From NCBI GenBank assembly GCA_036446835.1, contig JAZFTT010000234.1:1-35850 (forward strand): a DNA stretch of 35,850 bases. Direction: 5' to 3'. Shown here one piece after another: positions 34,329 to 35,850 of this stretch (the first letter of the stretch is position 1; each line of letters starts with the position of its first letter). Origin of the DNA: Acidimicrobiia bacterium. GTDB lineage: Bacteria > Actinomycetota > Acidimicrobiia > Spongiisociales > ZC4RG35. The translations under genes and the position numbers were made by a program. The notes under the pieces are model-generated. The model worked only from the letters and a program-made list of their open reading frames with translations. It had not been told where the DNA came from and did not search any database.

Positions 34329-35850
34329 CAGGGGTCACTCCGAGACGGTGCAAGGCTTGTTCCATCACCGAGGCAAAAACCGGTGCTGCGGACAATCCTC
34401 CCGTGCGGTAGTCAAACGAAGGCGCGTCGATGAGAACAGCGACAACGATCTTTGGATCGTTGATTGGCGCAATGCCCACGAACGAAGCTCTGGTCGTCTC
34501 CGTGTAGCGACCGTCGGCGCCAAGCTTGTTCGCCGTTCCCGTCTTCCCGCCGACCCGGTAGCCGTCGATGGCCGCCGCCGCCCCGGTACCTTTCTCGACC
34601 ACCGAAGCCAGCAACTCGCGCATGAGGAGCGCGGTGCCCGATGACACCACCCGTCTCGTTTGCATTCCAGCCACTTGCGTCTCTCCGTCTACGTCGGTCT
34701 TCGAGGACACCAGATGGGGAGTGATCCAGATGCCGTCATTCCCGATAGCGGCGTAGGCGGCAGCCATCTGGAGCGGTGTGACCGCGACCGAGTACCCGAT
34801 GGCGGCCGACGCCCAACAAGTCATGCATCCCGCCGCGAAGTTGAGGATTCCGGCAGCCTCGACGGTGTAGTCGATGCCCGTCTTGGCACCAAGCCCGAAG
34901 GCCTCGATGTATTGGATCAGACGGTCCTGACCGAGTCTCTGGGCGATCTTGATCGTCCCGATGTTCGACGACTTCGTGAAAATCTGAGCCACACTCATGT
35001 CCTCGGTGGCATGCTTCTTGAAATCGCGGTAACACCCAAATAGCTCGTCATCAGCGAAACGACAGGCGTCTTCTCTCAGTTCCAATTCGTAGGAGACTTG
35101 CGGGATGACAGTCCCGATCGACACCTCGCCTTCTTCGAGCGCCGCCGCCACCGTTATCAGTTTCTGGGTTGACCCCGGCTCATAGATTCCACGAACGGTG
35201 AAGTTGGAGAACGCTCTACACGAAACGGGATCCTCGGCATCATCACAGCGCGGATCCTGTGTTTGTCTGGTCACCGGATCGAAGACCGGGGCGCCAGCCA
35301 TGGCGAGTACCGCGCCGGTCTCCACTTCGAGGACCACAACCCAGCACGAGAGGGCATGGGTCTTCTCCAGGGCGAGGAGACATTCCTGTTGTGCCTGGTA
35401 CTGGAGAGGAAGGTCGATGGTCGTGTTCAGATCGACGCCGGGGATCGCAGGGACTATCTGGCTGAACCCCTGAGGGATGACACGTCCTTGAAGGTCCCTC
35501 TCGAACTCGGCTTTGCCGGGAGTGCCTGCCAACTCATCGTCATAGACCAGTTCGAGGCCCTCCTGGCCGTCGCCATCTATGTTGACGAACCCGGTGACAC
35601 GACTGGCCACGACGCCCGCCGGGTAGATCCGCGTCGGCTCAGGATGGGAGTAGACGCCGCGGATCTCGAGACCAAGAACCTCGTTGGCCACCACATCCTC
35701 GACCTGTCGCTTGATATAGACGAAGTCACGGTCGCTGGTGAGACGCTCGTAGAGAACATCGGTATCGGCCCCAAGCAGTCCCCCGATCTGTTGGGCAACC
35801 CACAACGGCTCCTCGATCTGATCGGGCACGGCAAAGATGCTCTGGGCTTG
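34312..35850 (-). CDS. ftsI: Class B penicillin-binding protein FtsI/PBP3 (N-terminus outside the window)
   Basis: R.YP, G.EGLE, TID..LQ pedestal motifs; transpeptidase motifs SxxK (EPGSTQK), SSN, KTG; frame open to the window end. Confidence 0.95.
   Translation of the reverse strand, partial: QAQSIFAVPDQIEEPLWVAQQIGGLLGADTDVLYERLTSDRDFVYIKRQVEDVVANEVLGLEIRGVYSHPEPTRIYPAGVVASRVTGFVNIDGDGQEGLELVYDDELAGTPGKAEFERDLQGRVIPQGFSQIVPAIPGVDLNTTIDLPLQYQAQQECLLALEKTHALSCWVVVLEVETGAVLAMAGAPVFDPVTRQTQDPRCDDAEDPVSCRAFSNFTVRGIYEPGSTQKLITVAAALEEGEVSIGTVIPQVSYELELREDACRFADDELFGCYRDFKKHATEDMSVAQIFTKSSNIGTIKIAQRLGQDRLIQYIEAFGLGAKTGIDYTVEAAGILNFAAGCMTCWASAAIGYSVAVTPLQMAAAYAAIGNDGIWITPHLVSSKTDVDGETQVAGMQTRRVVSSGTALLMRELLASVVEKGTGAAAAIDGYRVGGKTGTANKLGADGRYTETTRASFVGIAPINDPKIVVAVLIDAPSFDYRTGGLSAAPVFASVMEQALHRLGVTPDGYQR

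Overview
GC-rich, gene-dense core-genome segment from an actinobacterium; gene content and order suggest Acidimicrobiia, which is an inference. The right two-thirds is the minus-strand division/cell-wall (dcw) cluster: ftsI(partial)-murE-mraY-murD-ftsW-murG-murC-murB-ftsQ-ftsZ-pgeF-yggS-sepF-yggT-divIVA-yciI. It is followed by an oppositely oriented type-2 ileS and then dksA-like-lspA-rluD-rhomboid-dnaE. The left third holds an OmpR-family two-component pair, ygfZ, ccdA, MFS and MATE transporters, nth, a tandem-domain thyX, and a small-protein/ArsA(Get3)-like pair/tail-anchored HAD run. No rRNA, tRNA, CRISPR array, prophage or transposase gene was seen. The most unusual feature is non-coding: a 168-bp CTAG-bounded inverted-repeat element at the murE/mraY junction, where murF normally lies. 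Removing it in silico restores a TAGTG stop/start overlap, and its arm mismatches are mostly G-U wobbles on the mRNA strand. Also notable are a 50-bp near-perfect palindrome upstream of nth, palindromic operator candidates upstream of ftsZ and dnaE, and several apparently leaderless promoters.
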